From contig CAXGZX010000002.1 of assembly GCA_964014545.1 (NCBI GenBank), positions 521 to 64,520 of the forward strand: DNA of 64,000 nt. The letters run 5' to 3'. Origin of the DNA: an uncultured Candidatus Poseidoniales archaeon. Its GTDB lineage: Archaea; Thermoplasmatota; Poseidoniia; Poseidoniales; Poseidoniaceae. Of the stretch, positions 56,033 through 64,000 are shown piece by piece. Within the stretch, counting starts at the first letter, position 1. Each line of letters begins with the position of its first letter. The translations under genes and the position numbers were made by a program. Below the pieces are notes generated by a model that did not search any database, was not told the origin of the DNA, and saw nothing but the letters and a program-made list of their open reading frames with translations.

Positions 56033-57535
56033 ATGTTGGAAGCGTATTTTCTTGACCTTGGATGGTTGCTCTTTGCGCTATTCTTTGGCGTAGCGATGGG
56101 CTCCCTAACTGGTCTTATACCGGGTTTTCACGTTAACAATGTTGCACTAATTTTACTCGCATTAGCCCCCGTGTTTTTGAGTTGGGGCATTCCATTATCT
56201 GCAGTTGCAGCCATTATTGTCTCCACCGGAACGGTTCATACTTTCTTGAATTATATCCCCTCTGCACTACTTGGTGCGCCTGATGGCGATACCGCGTTAT
56301 CATTGCTTCCCGGCCATAGAATGCTATTGTCTGGTAATGCACCCAGAGGTGTTGCTTGGTCTGCTAGAGGCTCGCAACTTGGTCTGTTTCTTTCTTTACC
56401 GCTTATCATTGTGGCTAGGATTGCCTTTGGTGATGAACTTGGATGGTATGATTATCTGAGAAATATCATTTTCTTTTTACTCCTAGCAATATCATTCTTA
56501 TTACTAGCAACTGAAACTACAAGACTTGATTGGCCAAAATGGATGAGAAAACTATCGAGAAATTTACTTGGCACAGATAGTAGATTTGCTGGATTCCTAG
56601 CCGCAACTGGTTTCTTTTTACTAGCAGGATTTTATGGCTGGGCAGTATTTAGCCTACCCGCCAGATCACCAGTTGGTATTCCAGATGCAAGTTTATTATT
56701 GCCAAGTCTTGCTGGATTATTCGGCATTGCTAATTTGTTGGACATCTACGCTACTACATCCCATATACCTCCACAAAATGAAGATTGGACACTACCACCC
56801 GCAAAGCCATTGTTTGTCCCTTGTTTTTGGTCAGGAGTAGCCGGCGCATCGATGGGAGTGTTACCTGGAATGACTGCCTCTCAAGCAACTGTACTGGTAA
56901 TGGGTGGCAGAAACCTCGCAGCAAAGGTACAGGGCAAGGAAGGTTATGGCATGGATTGGGAGACCCGTCGCCTAACTGAAATGACTGATGATGAACTACT
57001 AGAAATCGCCCTTGCTGAAGCGGAAGGAGGGGTTGAGGGACCTCAAACAAAACAAGATTTAGAAGTAATTGCAATTCTTTCTGCGGTCAACACAGCTGTT
57101 ACAGTCATGGTTCTAGGGTTCCTATACATAATTGGCAGATCCCGTTCAGGTGCCACACTAGCCTTGAAAATGATGTATCCAATTGACACTTGGTCATCGG
57201 CAGAACCAACTGCAGATTTTATTCGTTTGATGTCAATTACTGTAGCGGCTGGATTAATGGCAATGCCAATTATGCGAGTTGTTGGCAAAGGTATGCTAAG
57301 ATTACATGCTGCAATACCGCTACAGCAAATGGTAATGGGAGTAATATTGTTCGTTGCTGCACTGGTATGGTTTACTACTGGTTTTATTGGCATTGGAGTA
57401 CTGATTATCGGCACAATTCTTGGATTGATACCCCCAAGAGTTGGTATACGTAGAAGTCACGGTATGGGTATTATCATTGTACCAATTATGATTTACACTT
57501 TTTCCCAAGCACAAGATGCGTTCGGTTTCCTATGA
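56033..57535 (+). CDS. Polytopic membrane protein, TctA/DUF112-like permease (tentative)
   Basis: About 12 or more hydrophobic helices. Duplicated motif GSLTGLIPGFHVNNVALILL and GASMGVLPGMTASQATVLV resembles the G-x-x-PG signature of the TctA family. GAGGA lies 6 nt before the ATG. Confidence 0.45.
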   Translation: MLEAYFLDLGWLLFALFFGVAMGSLTGLIPGFHVNNVALILLALAPVFLSWGIPLSAVAAIIVSTGTVHTFLNYIPSALLGAPDGDTALSLLPGHRMLLSGNAPRGVAWSARGSQLGLFLSLPLIIVARIAFGDELGWYDYLRNIIFFLLLAISFLLLATETTRLDWPKWMRKLSRNLLGTDSRFAGFLAATGFFLLAGFYGWAVFSLPARSPVGIPDASLLLPSLAGLFGIANLLDIYATTSHIPPQNEDWTLPPAKPLFVPCFWSGVAGASMGVLPGMTASQATVLVMGGRNLAAKVQGKEGYGMDWETRRLTEMTDDELLEIALAEAEGGVEGPQTKQDLEVIAILSAVNTAVTVMVLGFLYIIGRSRSGATLALKMMYPIDTWSSAEPTADFIRLMSITVAAGLMAMPIMRVVGKGMLRLHAAIPLQQMVMGVILFVAALVWFTTGFIGIGVLIIGTILGLIPPRVGIRRSHGMGIIIVPIMIYTFSQAQDAFGFL

Positions 57536-57553
57536 TTAAGAAATTTACCTGAG

Positions 57554-60500
57554 ATGAATATTATGAACACCAAAAAATACCCAATAATTTTGATTACACT
57601 CATGCTTTGTTCGTACTTAGCACCTGTCCTAGATTCCCAAGAAATGGCCGAACCAAACAAACCATTTGAAACATCAAGTAGGTCATCTGCTTGTATCGGT
57701 GATATTTGTATCTCCGAGGCGTTAGTAAACGCATTTGGTTCGGAAACTGGTGCCGTTGGACCTGCAGATTGGACCAGCGGAGAATGGGTTGAATTATACA
57801 ACTCTGGAACCACCACAGTTGATCTTTCAAACTGGATTTTAGATGACCATTATGACCGACCATTGAGTATGACTACCAACCATGTAGTATCTCCAAGCGG
57901 AGCGACAAATATGGACATCTTAGCAGGAGATTACATTGTTCTTGCTCGCAACGGTGATGGCGGTTCATGTGGATTTTGCATGAAGAACTCCAATGGAATG
58001 GTCAATCTTAAAGACACTAGTGGTAATTTAGTGCACAGCATAACTTGGACAACATCTCCTAGTGAGGGTGTTAGTCTAATTGAGGACATAAGTGACCCTG
58101 CTGCCGATTGGATTGAATCAACCACACTTTCACCAGGAGAAAGTAACCAAGGTGGTACACCTACTGGCCCTGTTTATTTCCCAGGTGATTTGGTAGTCAA
58201 TGAAGTAATGGCTGATGCATACCCAAGTTACGATAATGGAACATGGCCTGACGGTGAATGGGTTGAAATTCACAATCAAGGCAACTCGCCAATCGACATG
58301 ACTGGATGGCATCTCAAAGATGCCGCTGGTAACACTGTAGAATTTAATCAAAATCATTTGGTTGGGTATACCGCTGACCCTAATTCGATGATTATCAATG
58401 CAGGAGAACTCAGAGTTATTGCCATTAATGGCTCGTCTAATAGTGGTGTGCTGAATAATGCCATTGAGACACTAAGCATCCATTGGCCAAACGGTAGTAT
58501 TGCTGATGAAGTAAACTGGAGTTCAAATGAGCCAGGTTTCAGCTTGTCCCGTACCCACGGAACTGATGGTATGTATACCTCGGCGTACCCAACAGTAAAT
58601 GCAACCAATATCGGCGAAATTAATACCCTAGCAACTATGTCTAGTGACCTAATCATTACTGAGTATCTTCCTTCAACCAACACAACTGGTAACTTCCCAG
58701 ATGGCAAGTGGATTGAAATCCACAATAATGGAACCTCCTCAATCAACCTCCTTGGCTGGAGCATCACCAACGGGAAAGGAGAAATCCTATATTTTGATCC
58801 TGGTACAATAATCTTCAATCAATCCCACTCTAGTACCACCGATATATCTCCTGATGAGCGAAGATTGGTTCAAATGTCTAATAATTTTGACCTCTATGAT
58901 TACTACGAACATTTAGTAATGAAAGATGATAATGGAAATATCGTTGATTCGGGATGGCATAGTAATTACTTTGGCGATAACGTATCAATGGTAAGAGATT
59001 TAGCAAATATTGGCGCTCCATGGCTGCCCTCAAATTGGCTGACTCCTGGACAACCTGAACCGGGTGATGAGCCATACTCAATGAAGGATTTACAATTTAG
59101 TGAAATCTTACCTGATGGTCTGGGACTGGACACACAATCATGGCCACTGGGAGAGTGGATTGAATTATACAACAATGATAGTGTTGCTGTTGATTTAACT
59201 GGTTGGAAATTGAAAGCCTCAAGCAGTCGAAGCTTCACTCTAGGAGCCTACAATTTCCCACTCCAACAAGATGCTATAATCCAACCTGCTGATGTAGCCT
59301 TAATAGCGCTGAATGGTACCAACTCATTCTATCTAAAACAAACATCTGACCTCATTACTCTAGTCGATGACAGTGCTGCAATTGTTGATTCTGTAGCTTG
59401 GGACGTATCTTCGGAAAACATCTCAATGATCCCGCCTAGCAGCAGTCATGCAGGTTATACAACCATGTCGGCATCTGGAATTGCTGGTTGGGTAGAGCCT
59501 GCTTGGGCTACACCAGGCGAGATAAATCCTGAGTGGCCACAATATATTGGCTCTAACGAAGTTATTGTCACTGAGTATATGGGCTGGTGTGATGACCTAG
59601 ACGGCACGGTAAATGATTGGATTGAGATCTATAATAATGGCACATCGGCAATCGATTTGCTAAGATGGCGCATTGATACAGCCACAAACCGTCATTTTAT
59701 TCTCGAAACTGGAGAATTAGACAATACTAATTCACTCAGCGTCATAGCAAATTCCTCTAAATCAACTGTTGTTGCCCCTGGAGAATATGCCCTTATTAGT
59801 CTACCATACCAATTCTTGTGGGCTACGGATTTACCTGAAATCTATAACCCAGATGGACTGGCCATCAGTGAATCTTCTGTTCACGGTGAAGGGTTAACTA
59901 CCATCACTTGTCAATCTTGGATTTCAGATAATGGAGTCGACTGGAGTGTAGCAGCTTATCCAACACCGGGTACCGAAAATGTTGTGTCAAGTGATTTCGC
60001 CACTGCTGGGGACATACTGCTAACTCGTGTCTCACCTTATGATAATGAATTTATTCAACTCAAAAATATCGGTCAAAATGATGCTTATCTAATGGATTGG
60101 CAAATTAGCATAAATGATGGTACAGTGTACGAGTGTGATATTGATTCAACTATGTTTTTCCCTTCGATGTCTAGTATCATTATCTCTGATAGTAACGCAA
60201 TGAATTCCTTCACTGGCCAAGGCATGACATTTATCGACGAGATTAATCCGGTATTCTTACAATTTAGCGACATTGGTTGTTCTGACTTGTATATCCCTGA
60301 CACTGGCGTGGTGATTACCATCTTGGACCCAAGTGGCAACCTATCTGATGCTTTCGTGTTTGATAGCGGACCTGCTAGTCATGCAGGATGGACCAGTGAA
60401 GCCATCTCAGTACCAACAAACAGTGTATCTGATGATGAATTCATCTACGTTAGAGGTGATGGTTGCAATAATCTACCTGACACAGATAGTGCTGATGATT

Positions 60501-62533
60501 GGAAATATTTGTGGTCAATAAGTGGATTACACAACACTCTTTGCTTGTCTACTGACTTTACTGAAGGAGAATCTATCGTAACCCCAATTGTTGGACCGCA
60601 AAATGGTTTATTGGAGTTGATTGAATGGATTGATGGCAGTCAAACAAGTCTGCAAATTCAACTATACCAAATGCAGGAAGCAAATCTCGTCCAAGCCTTG
60701 TTAGATGCCTTGAACAGAGGCGTCAATGTAGAATTGATGCTTGATCCAGGATGTTATAATTGTAATATTTGGTCTGAAACAGATTTGCAATACAAGAACG
60801 ATTATGCTTACACGCTAATTCAAGCGGGTGCGACTGTCTATGAATTTAACACTGATTCAAATGAACCATATTTGTACTTGCACAGTAAAGTAGTGGTAAG
60901 AGATTCAAACAGTATTTGGATGTCATCTGGAAATTGGAAACCTTCATCTGTTCCAGCGCCCGACGTTAGAGGCAATGTCGAATGGAGTGTTATCATTGAT
61001 AATGATGATTTAGCCCAAATGGTTGAACAACAATTCAATCTTGACAAAGAATTTGCTGAATTAATGGCGCTAAATGATTATGATCAATATCAATTCTATC
61101 CGCCAGGTACTATCGGTGGTGGCGGAGTTCAATCGGCTATCCAAACCAGTATTTCAGGAGAATTACTCACTTGCCCAACTAATTGTGTTACTAAGATTGT
61201 TGAATTCATAATGTCTGCTGAAGATGAGGTCTTACTTTCTCAACAGACTCTTGATGCTGACTGGGCGTATGGTTGGGGGGATGAAAACCCAATAATTACG
61301 GCTCTACATGATGTTGCAATGCAGGGAGTAGGTGTTCACTTAATCATCAACGGCGCATACCTTGATGATGACGACCAAGAAGTAGTTGACTTGTTCAACG
61401 AAATTTGGAATGGCACCGAGGGATTAGATGCTTCTGCTGTTGTTATGGGTGAAGACGATGATGTCGCTAAGTTACACAACAAAGGAATTATTGTCGATGG
61501 GGAAAGTGTACTAGTCTCCTCAATAAACATGGGTAGTTCTGCAATGAACCGTAACCGCGAGATGGGAGTAATCATTCATTCATCTGTTGTTACTCAATAT
61601 TACCTAGATGGATGGCATGCAGATTGGAATCGCCTAGACAATGTCACAGATACTGACCAAGATTCACTGACTGACAAATATGAAGTTGCTAATGGATTAA
61701 ACCGAACCAAGCGTACCATGCCTTCAGGAGTTACTGAAGATATGTTTGATTCAGACGGCGATGGCGTCAACAATACGGATGAGGAAAAACAAGGTAGCCA
61801 CCCAATGTTAGCAGATACTGATGGCGATTGTGCTATTGATTCCATAGAGATCACTTGGGCACAGAGAACAGCCCTCAACGCATCGGTTGCTAATGTGGCT
61901 ATTTACGATGCTCTAACCCTAGAAGACGCTGATGGCGACGGCATCAAAGATACCGACCAATATGGTTGCGACCTTTCATCTGGCAACTCGCCAACCGAGC
62001 CACAAGATGATGACAATGTTGACCCAGAAGCCGATGACGACATGGACACGATACCAAATAAGTTTGATTTGTGCCCAGATACTGAACCAGATGCATTGAC
62101 TGACTTTGATGGATGCTCAGCTGACCAATTGGCTGAACTGGCTGATGCTAGCGATGGCGAAAATGATGACACTGGTAAAAACACCATGTTGATTGTGATG
62201 ATAGTAGCAGCAATCTTTTCAATTGGGGCATTTATCATCCTAAAGCAGTTAGAAAGTAAGGCAATTGAGGCTAAAAATTTAGTTAGCCTTGAGGAGCAAG
62301 AAATGATGCTAGTAGAGAATTCAGAATCAGTTGATACTGAATCATGGGCAATGCCGGTTCTTGACGGTAGTGGTGAAAGCCAGACTACTGAGGAGAGCAG
62401 CGATTTCTCACCTGAAGAATTAGCCAAATTCCCCGGCTGGACAGAGGATGTAATCCAACGTTATCTCGACAACGGATGGACGATTGACCAACTTGCTGAA
62501 TACTATCAAGAACAACTCGAAGGCAACCAATAA
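57554..62533 (+). CDS. Giant surface enzyme: 6 lamin-tail-domain (LTD) modules + double-HKD phospholipase D-fold domain + TSP3 repeats + C-terminal TM anchor
   Basis: Signal KKYPIILITLMLCSYLAPVL. LTD signatures GEWVELYNSG..DLSNWIL, GEWVEIHNQG..DMTGWHL, GKWIEIHNNG..NLLGWSI, GEWIELYNND..DLTGWKL, NDWIEIYNNG..DLLRWRI, NEFIQLKNIG. HKD motifs LHSKVVVRDSNSIWMSSGNW (His codon 60881) and LHNKGIIVDGESVLVSSINM (His codon 61475). TSP3-like DSDGDGVNNTDE, DTDGDCAIDSIE, DADGDGIKDTDQ. TM helix MLIVMIVAAIFSIGAFIIL. Confidence 0.8.
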   Translation: MNIMNTKKYPIILITLMLCSYLAPVLDSQEMAEPNKPFETSSRSSACIGDICISEALVNAFGSETGAVGPADWTSGEWVELYNSGTTTVDLSNWILDDHYDRPLSMTTNHVVSPSGATNMDILAGDYIVLARNGDGGSCGFCMKNSNGMVNLKDTSGNLVHSITWTTSPSEGVSLIEDISDPAADWIESTTLSPGESNQGGTPTGPVYFPGDLVVNEVMADAYPSYDNGTWPDGEWVEIHNQGNSPIDMTGWHLKDAAGNTVEFNQNHLVGYTADPNSMIINAGELRVIAINGSSNSGVLNNAIETLSIHWPNGSIADEVNWSSNEPGFSLSRTHGTDGMYTSAYPTVNATNIGEINTLATMSSDLIITEYLPSTNTTGNFPDGKWIEIHNNGTSSINLLGWSITNGKGEILYFDPGTIIFNQSHSSTTDISPDERRLVQMSNNFDLYDYYEHLVMKDDNGNIVDSGWHSNYFGDNVSMVRDLANIGAPWLPSNWLTPGQPEPGDEPYSMKDLQFSEILPDGLGLDTQSWPLGEWIELYNNDSVAVDLTGWKLKASSSRSFTLGAYNFPLQQDAIIQPADVALIALNGTNSFYLKQTSDLITLVDDSAAIVDSVAWDVSSENISMIPPSSSHAGYTTMSASGIAGWVEPAWATPGEINPEWPQYIGSNEVIVTEYMGWCDDLDGTVNDWIEIYNNGTSAIDLLRWRIDTATNRHFILETGELDNTNSLSVIANSSKSTVVAPGEYALISLPYQFLWATDLPEIYNPDGLAISESSVHGEGLTTITCQSWISDNGVDWSVAAYPTPGTENVVSSDFATAGDILLTRVSPYDNEFIQLKNIGQNDAYLMDWQISINDGTVYECDIDSTMFFPSMSSIIISDSNAMNSFTGQGMTFIDEINPVFLQFSDIGCSDLYIPDTGVVITILDPSGNLSDAFVFDSGPASHAGWTSEAISVPTNSVSDDEFIYVRGDGCNNLPDTDSADDWKYLWSISGLHNTLCLSTDFTEGESIVTPIVGPQNGLLELIEWIDGSQTSLQIQLYQMQEANLVQALLDALNRGVNVELMLDPGCYNCNIWSETDLQYKNDYAYTLIQAGATVYEFNTDSNEPYLYLHSKVVVRDSNSIWMSSGNWKPSSVPAPDVRGNVEWSVIIDNDDLAQMVEQQFNLDKEFAELMALNDYDQYQFYPPGTIGGGGVQSAIQTSISGELLTCPTNCVTKIVEFIMSAEDEVLLSQQTLDADWAYGWGDENPIITALHDVAMQGVGVHLIINGAYLDDDDQEVVDLFNEIWNGTEGLDASAVVMGEDDDVAKLHNKGIIVDGESVLVSSINMGSSAMNRNREMGVIIHSSVVTQYYLDGWHADWNRLDNVTDTDQDSLTDKYEVANGLNRTKRTMPSGVTEDMFDSDGDGVNNTDEEKQGSHPMLADTDGDCAIDSIEITWAQRTALNASVANVAIYDALTLEDADGDGIKDTDQYGCDLSSGNSPTEPQDDDNVDPEADDDMDTIPNKFDLCPDTEPDALTDFDGCSADQLAELADASDGENDDTGKNTMLIVMIVAAIFSIGAFIILKQLESKAIEAKNLVSLEEQEMMLVENSESVDTESWAMPVLDGSGESQTTEESSDFSPEELAKFPGWTEDVIQRYLDNGWTIDQLAEYYQEQLEGNQ
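57704..60140 (+). repeat. Protein-level tandem array of six LTD modules of about 150 aa each (period about 450 nt)
   Basis: The W(V/I)E(L/I)(Y/H)N core recurs near nt 57779, 58251, 58701, 59151 and 59612, with a degenerate copy near 60045. The repeats are diverged at the DNA level. Confidence 0.7.
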
Positions 62534-62579
62534 CATCGTAAGATTGACAAAGGACTTAACATTAGCAGGACTGATAAAG

Positions 62580-63329
62580 ATGCGTTACTCTACCAGCAAT
62601 CCAGTTATGACTCAAAATTTTTGGTCCAATATTCAAGGACAAAACACTATGACTTTGCAAGGTACAATCGGCAAACTTGCCTACTTACTTGGCATCGTAA
62701 CCATAACGGCATTAATTTCAGCATATGTTGCACTAGATGCTCTAGCAGCAGGCAACGCATCTGTCATCAATGGTATGGCATGGGGTGGTCTACTAGGCGG
62801 AATTGTGGTAGCACTGATATTGATGTTTATGAGGCCGGAAAATCCTGGAGCATTGATGACTATTTACGCAGTATTGCAAGGAATGTTTGTTGGGGCAATA
62901 TCTCTGGTGTTTGAAGCATTTTACACCGGTATAATCATCCAAGCCGCATTTGGCACACTGTTTATCACTGGCGGAATGCTAATTATTTACTCATCTAGAG
63001 CCATTAGACCAACTCCAACTTTTAACAAAGTGATTGGCAGCCTAGTAGGGGCAATAATGATGCTGTATCTTGTCTCAATATTCTTTTCATTATTTACTGC
63101 CTATGAAGTACCATTTGTTCATTCCTCTGGCCCTATTGGAATTGGCTTCACTATATTCGTTCTTTCAATCGCTGCGCTAAGTTTGATTTCCGATTTTGGG
63201 TTCATTGAATCGGGGGTAAAGTGGCAAGCACCCAAGAATGCAGAATGGTGGGGCGCATTTGGTGTTTTAGTGACAATAATTTGGATCTACATCGAAATGA
63301 TTAGACTGCTGTCAAAAATTCGTGACTGA
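62580..63329 (+). CDS. Bax inhibitor-1-like (COG4760-type) integral membrane protein (tentative)
   Basis: MRYSTSNPVMTQNF N terminus resembles the SSNPV(F/L) start of BaxI_1-family proteins, followed by 6-7 TM helices. ATG 62580 is in frame within the longer ORF from 62484, which would overlap the upstream gene. Confidence 0.45.
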   Translation: MRYSTSNPVMTQNFWSNIQGQNTMTLQGTIGKLAYLLGIVTITALISAYVALDALAAGNASVINGMAWGGLLGGIVVALILMFMRPENPGALMTIYAVLQGMFVGAISLVFEAFYTGIIIQAAFGTLFITGGMLIIYSSRAIRPTPTFNKVIGSLVGAIMMLYLVSIFFSLFTAYEVPFVHSSGPIGIGFTIFVLSIAALSLISDFGFIESGVKWQAPKNAEWWGAFGVLVTIIWIYIEMIRLLSKIRD

Positions 63330-63400
63330 TAAAATCACAGTTTTTGCTGCCTAACTGACATAGAGTTCATACGGTATCGTCATTACCACGAAGTGATAAC

Positions 63401-64000
63401 ATGACACGAAGCATTCCAGTAGTAGATTTTGCTGACTATCTGTCCGGTGACCAAGACCGACGTAATGACTTCATTGAACTTGTCGGCAATTCACTCAAGG
63501 ACATCGGATTCTTCGCTCTGAAAAACCACGGCATACCATTAGAGTTAATCCATCAATCATATGACAATGGGGATGCTTTTTTCGGACTTGACCAAAACAG
63601 TAAATCCAACTATTCACGCGCAGAAATTTCCCATCAACGTGGCTATACTGCTTTTGGTGTCGAGCATGCCAAAGATAATCCAGCACCTGATTTGAAAGAA
63701 TTCTGGCAAACTGGCCGTACTCACCAACCTGGTGAAAACCCCTCTTATCCAGCAAATGTTTGGCCTGATGCTGATGTGCCACAATTCAAGGAAACCATTG
63801 ACGACTTGTATAACAGAATGGAACATGTATCAAGAGAATTACTGGCTGCTTGTAGCATATATCTTGGCAAAGAAGCGAATTGGCTGCCCGAAATGACCGA
63901 TGATGGTAATACCATTATGCGTATTATTCACTACCCACCGCTTGGCGAAGATGTTCAAGAAGGCGCAGTCCGGTCAGCAGCTCACGAAGATATCAATTTC
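63401..64000 (+). CDS. 2-oxoglutarate/Fe(II)-dependent oxygenase (isopenicillin N synthase-like), 3' end truncated by the window edge
   Basis: Own translation from ATG 63401: MTRSIPVVDFADYLSG...DIGFFALKNHGIP...MRIIHYPPLGEDVQEGAVRSAAHEDINF. This shows the DIOX_N pattern and the start of the H-x-D iron motif. The frame stays open to nt 64000. The ORF is absent from the supplied track, presumably because it has no stop in the window. Confidence 0.8.
   Translation, partial: MTRSIPVVDFADYLSGDQDRRNDFIELVGNSLKDIGFFALKNHGIPLELIHQSYDNGDAFFGLDQNSKSNYSRAEISHQRGYTAFGVEHAKDNPAPDLKEFWQTGRTHQPGENPSYPANVWPDADVPQFKETIDDLYNRMEHVSRELLAACSIYLGKEANWLPEMTDDGNTIMRIIHYPPLGEDVQEGAVRSAAHEDINF

Noticed and set aside
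1-64000. CRISPR arrays, cas genes, transposases, toxin-antitoxin pairs and restriction-modification genes.
   Set aside because: No regularly spaced direct repeats were seen, and no intergenic region is longer than about 140 nt. None of the ORFs shows the corresponding catalytic motifs.

Overview
This is a gene-dense, moderately AT-rich archaeal chromosome segment with almost no non-coding DNA. All calls rest on motif recognition by eye; no database search was possible. Archaeal origin is supported by an archaeosine synthase (ArcS signature motif), CDP-archaeol synthase, an AglB/STT3 oligosaccharyltransferase (WWDYG), archaeal-type S15 and GluRS, class III (type IV pilin-like) signal peptides, and GGTG/GAGG Shine-Dalgarno sequences. 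Together with several giant Ca-binding surface proteins, this suggests a marine planktonic Thermoplasmatota (MGII/III-like) genome, but that is inference only. I call about 39 genes. The housekeeping set is rnhB, gltX, rps15, arcS, dnaJ, purD, carS, one tRNA-CAT, an SMR pump, an HD dNTPase-like protein, a GT2 and a partial 2OG oxygenase. These are interleaved with an unusually heavy load of envelope proteins. Four ORFs of 1466-3192 aa occupy just under 40 percent of the window. The candidates most worth a second look are: (1) a tightly packed three-gene operon (54263-62533) encoding a multi-OB-fold anchored protein, a TctA/DUF112-like permease and a 6xLTD + double-HKD (PLD-fold) giant enzyme, possibly a surface nucleic-acid capture/hydrolysis/uptake module; (2) a 3192-aa AglB with an extra N-terminal polytopic module and about 2200 aa of extracellular repeats, heading a co-directional cluster with an S8 protease, a 1466-aa beta-helix protein and a translationally coupled wHTH-STAND-TPR protein; (3) an orphan, translationally coupled triad of pilin-like proteins with no assembly machinery in the window; (4) a PGF-CTERM-like surface protein next to the tRNA. 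I saw no CRISPR array, transposase, integrase or rRNA.
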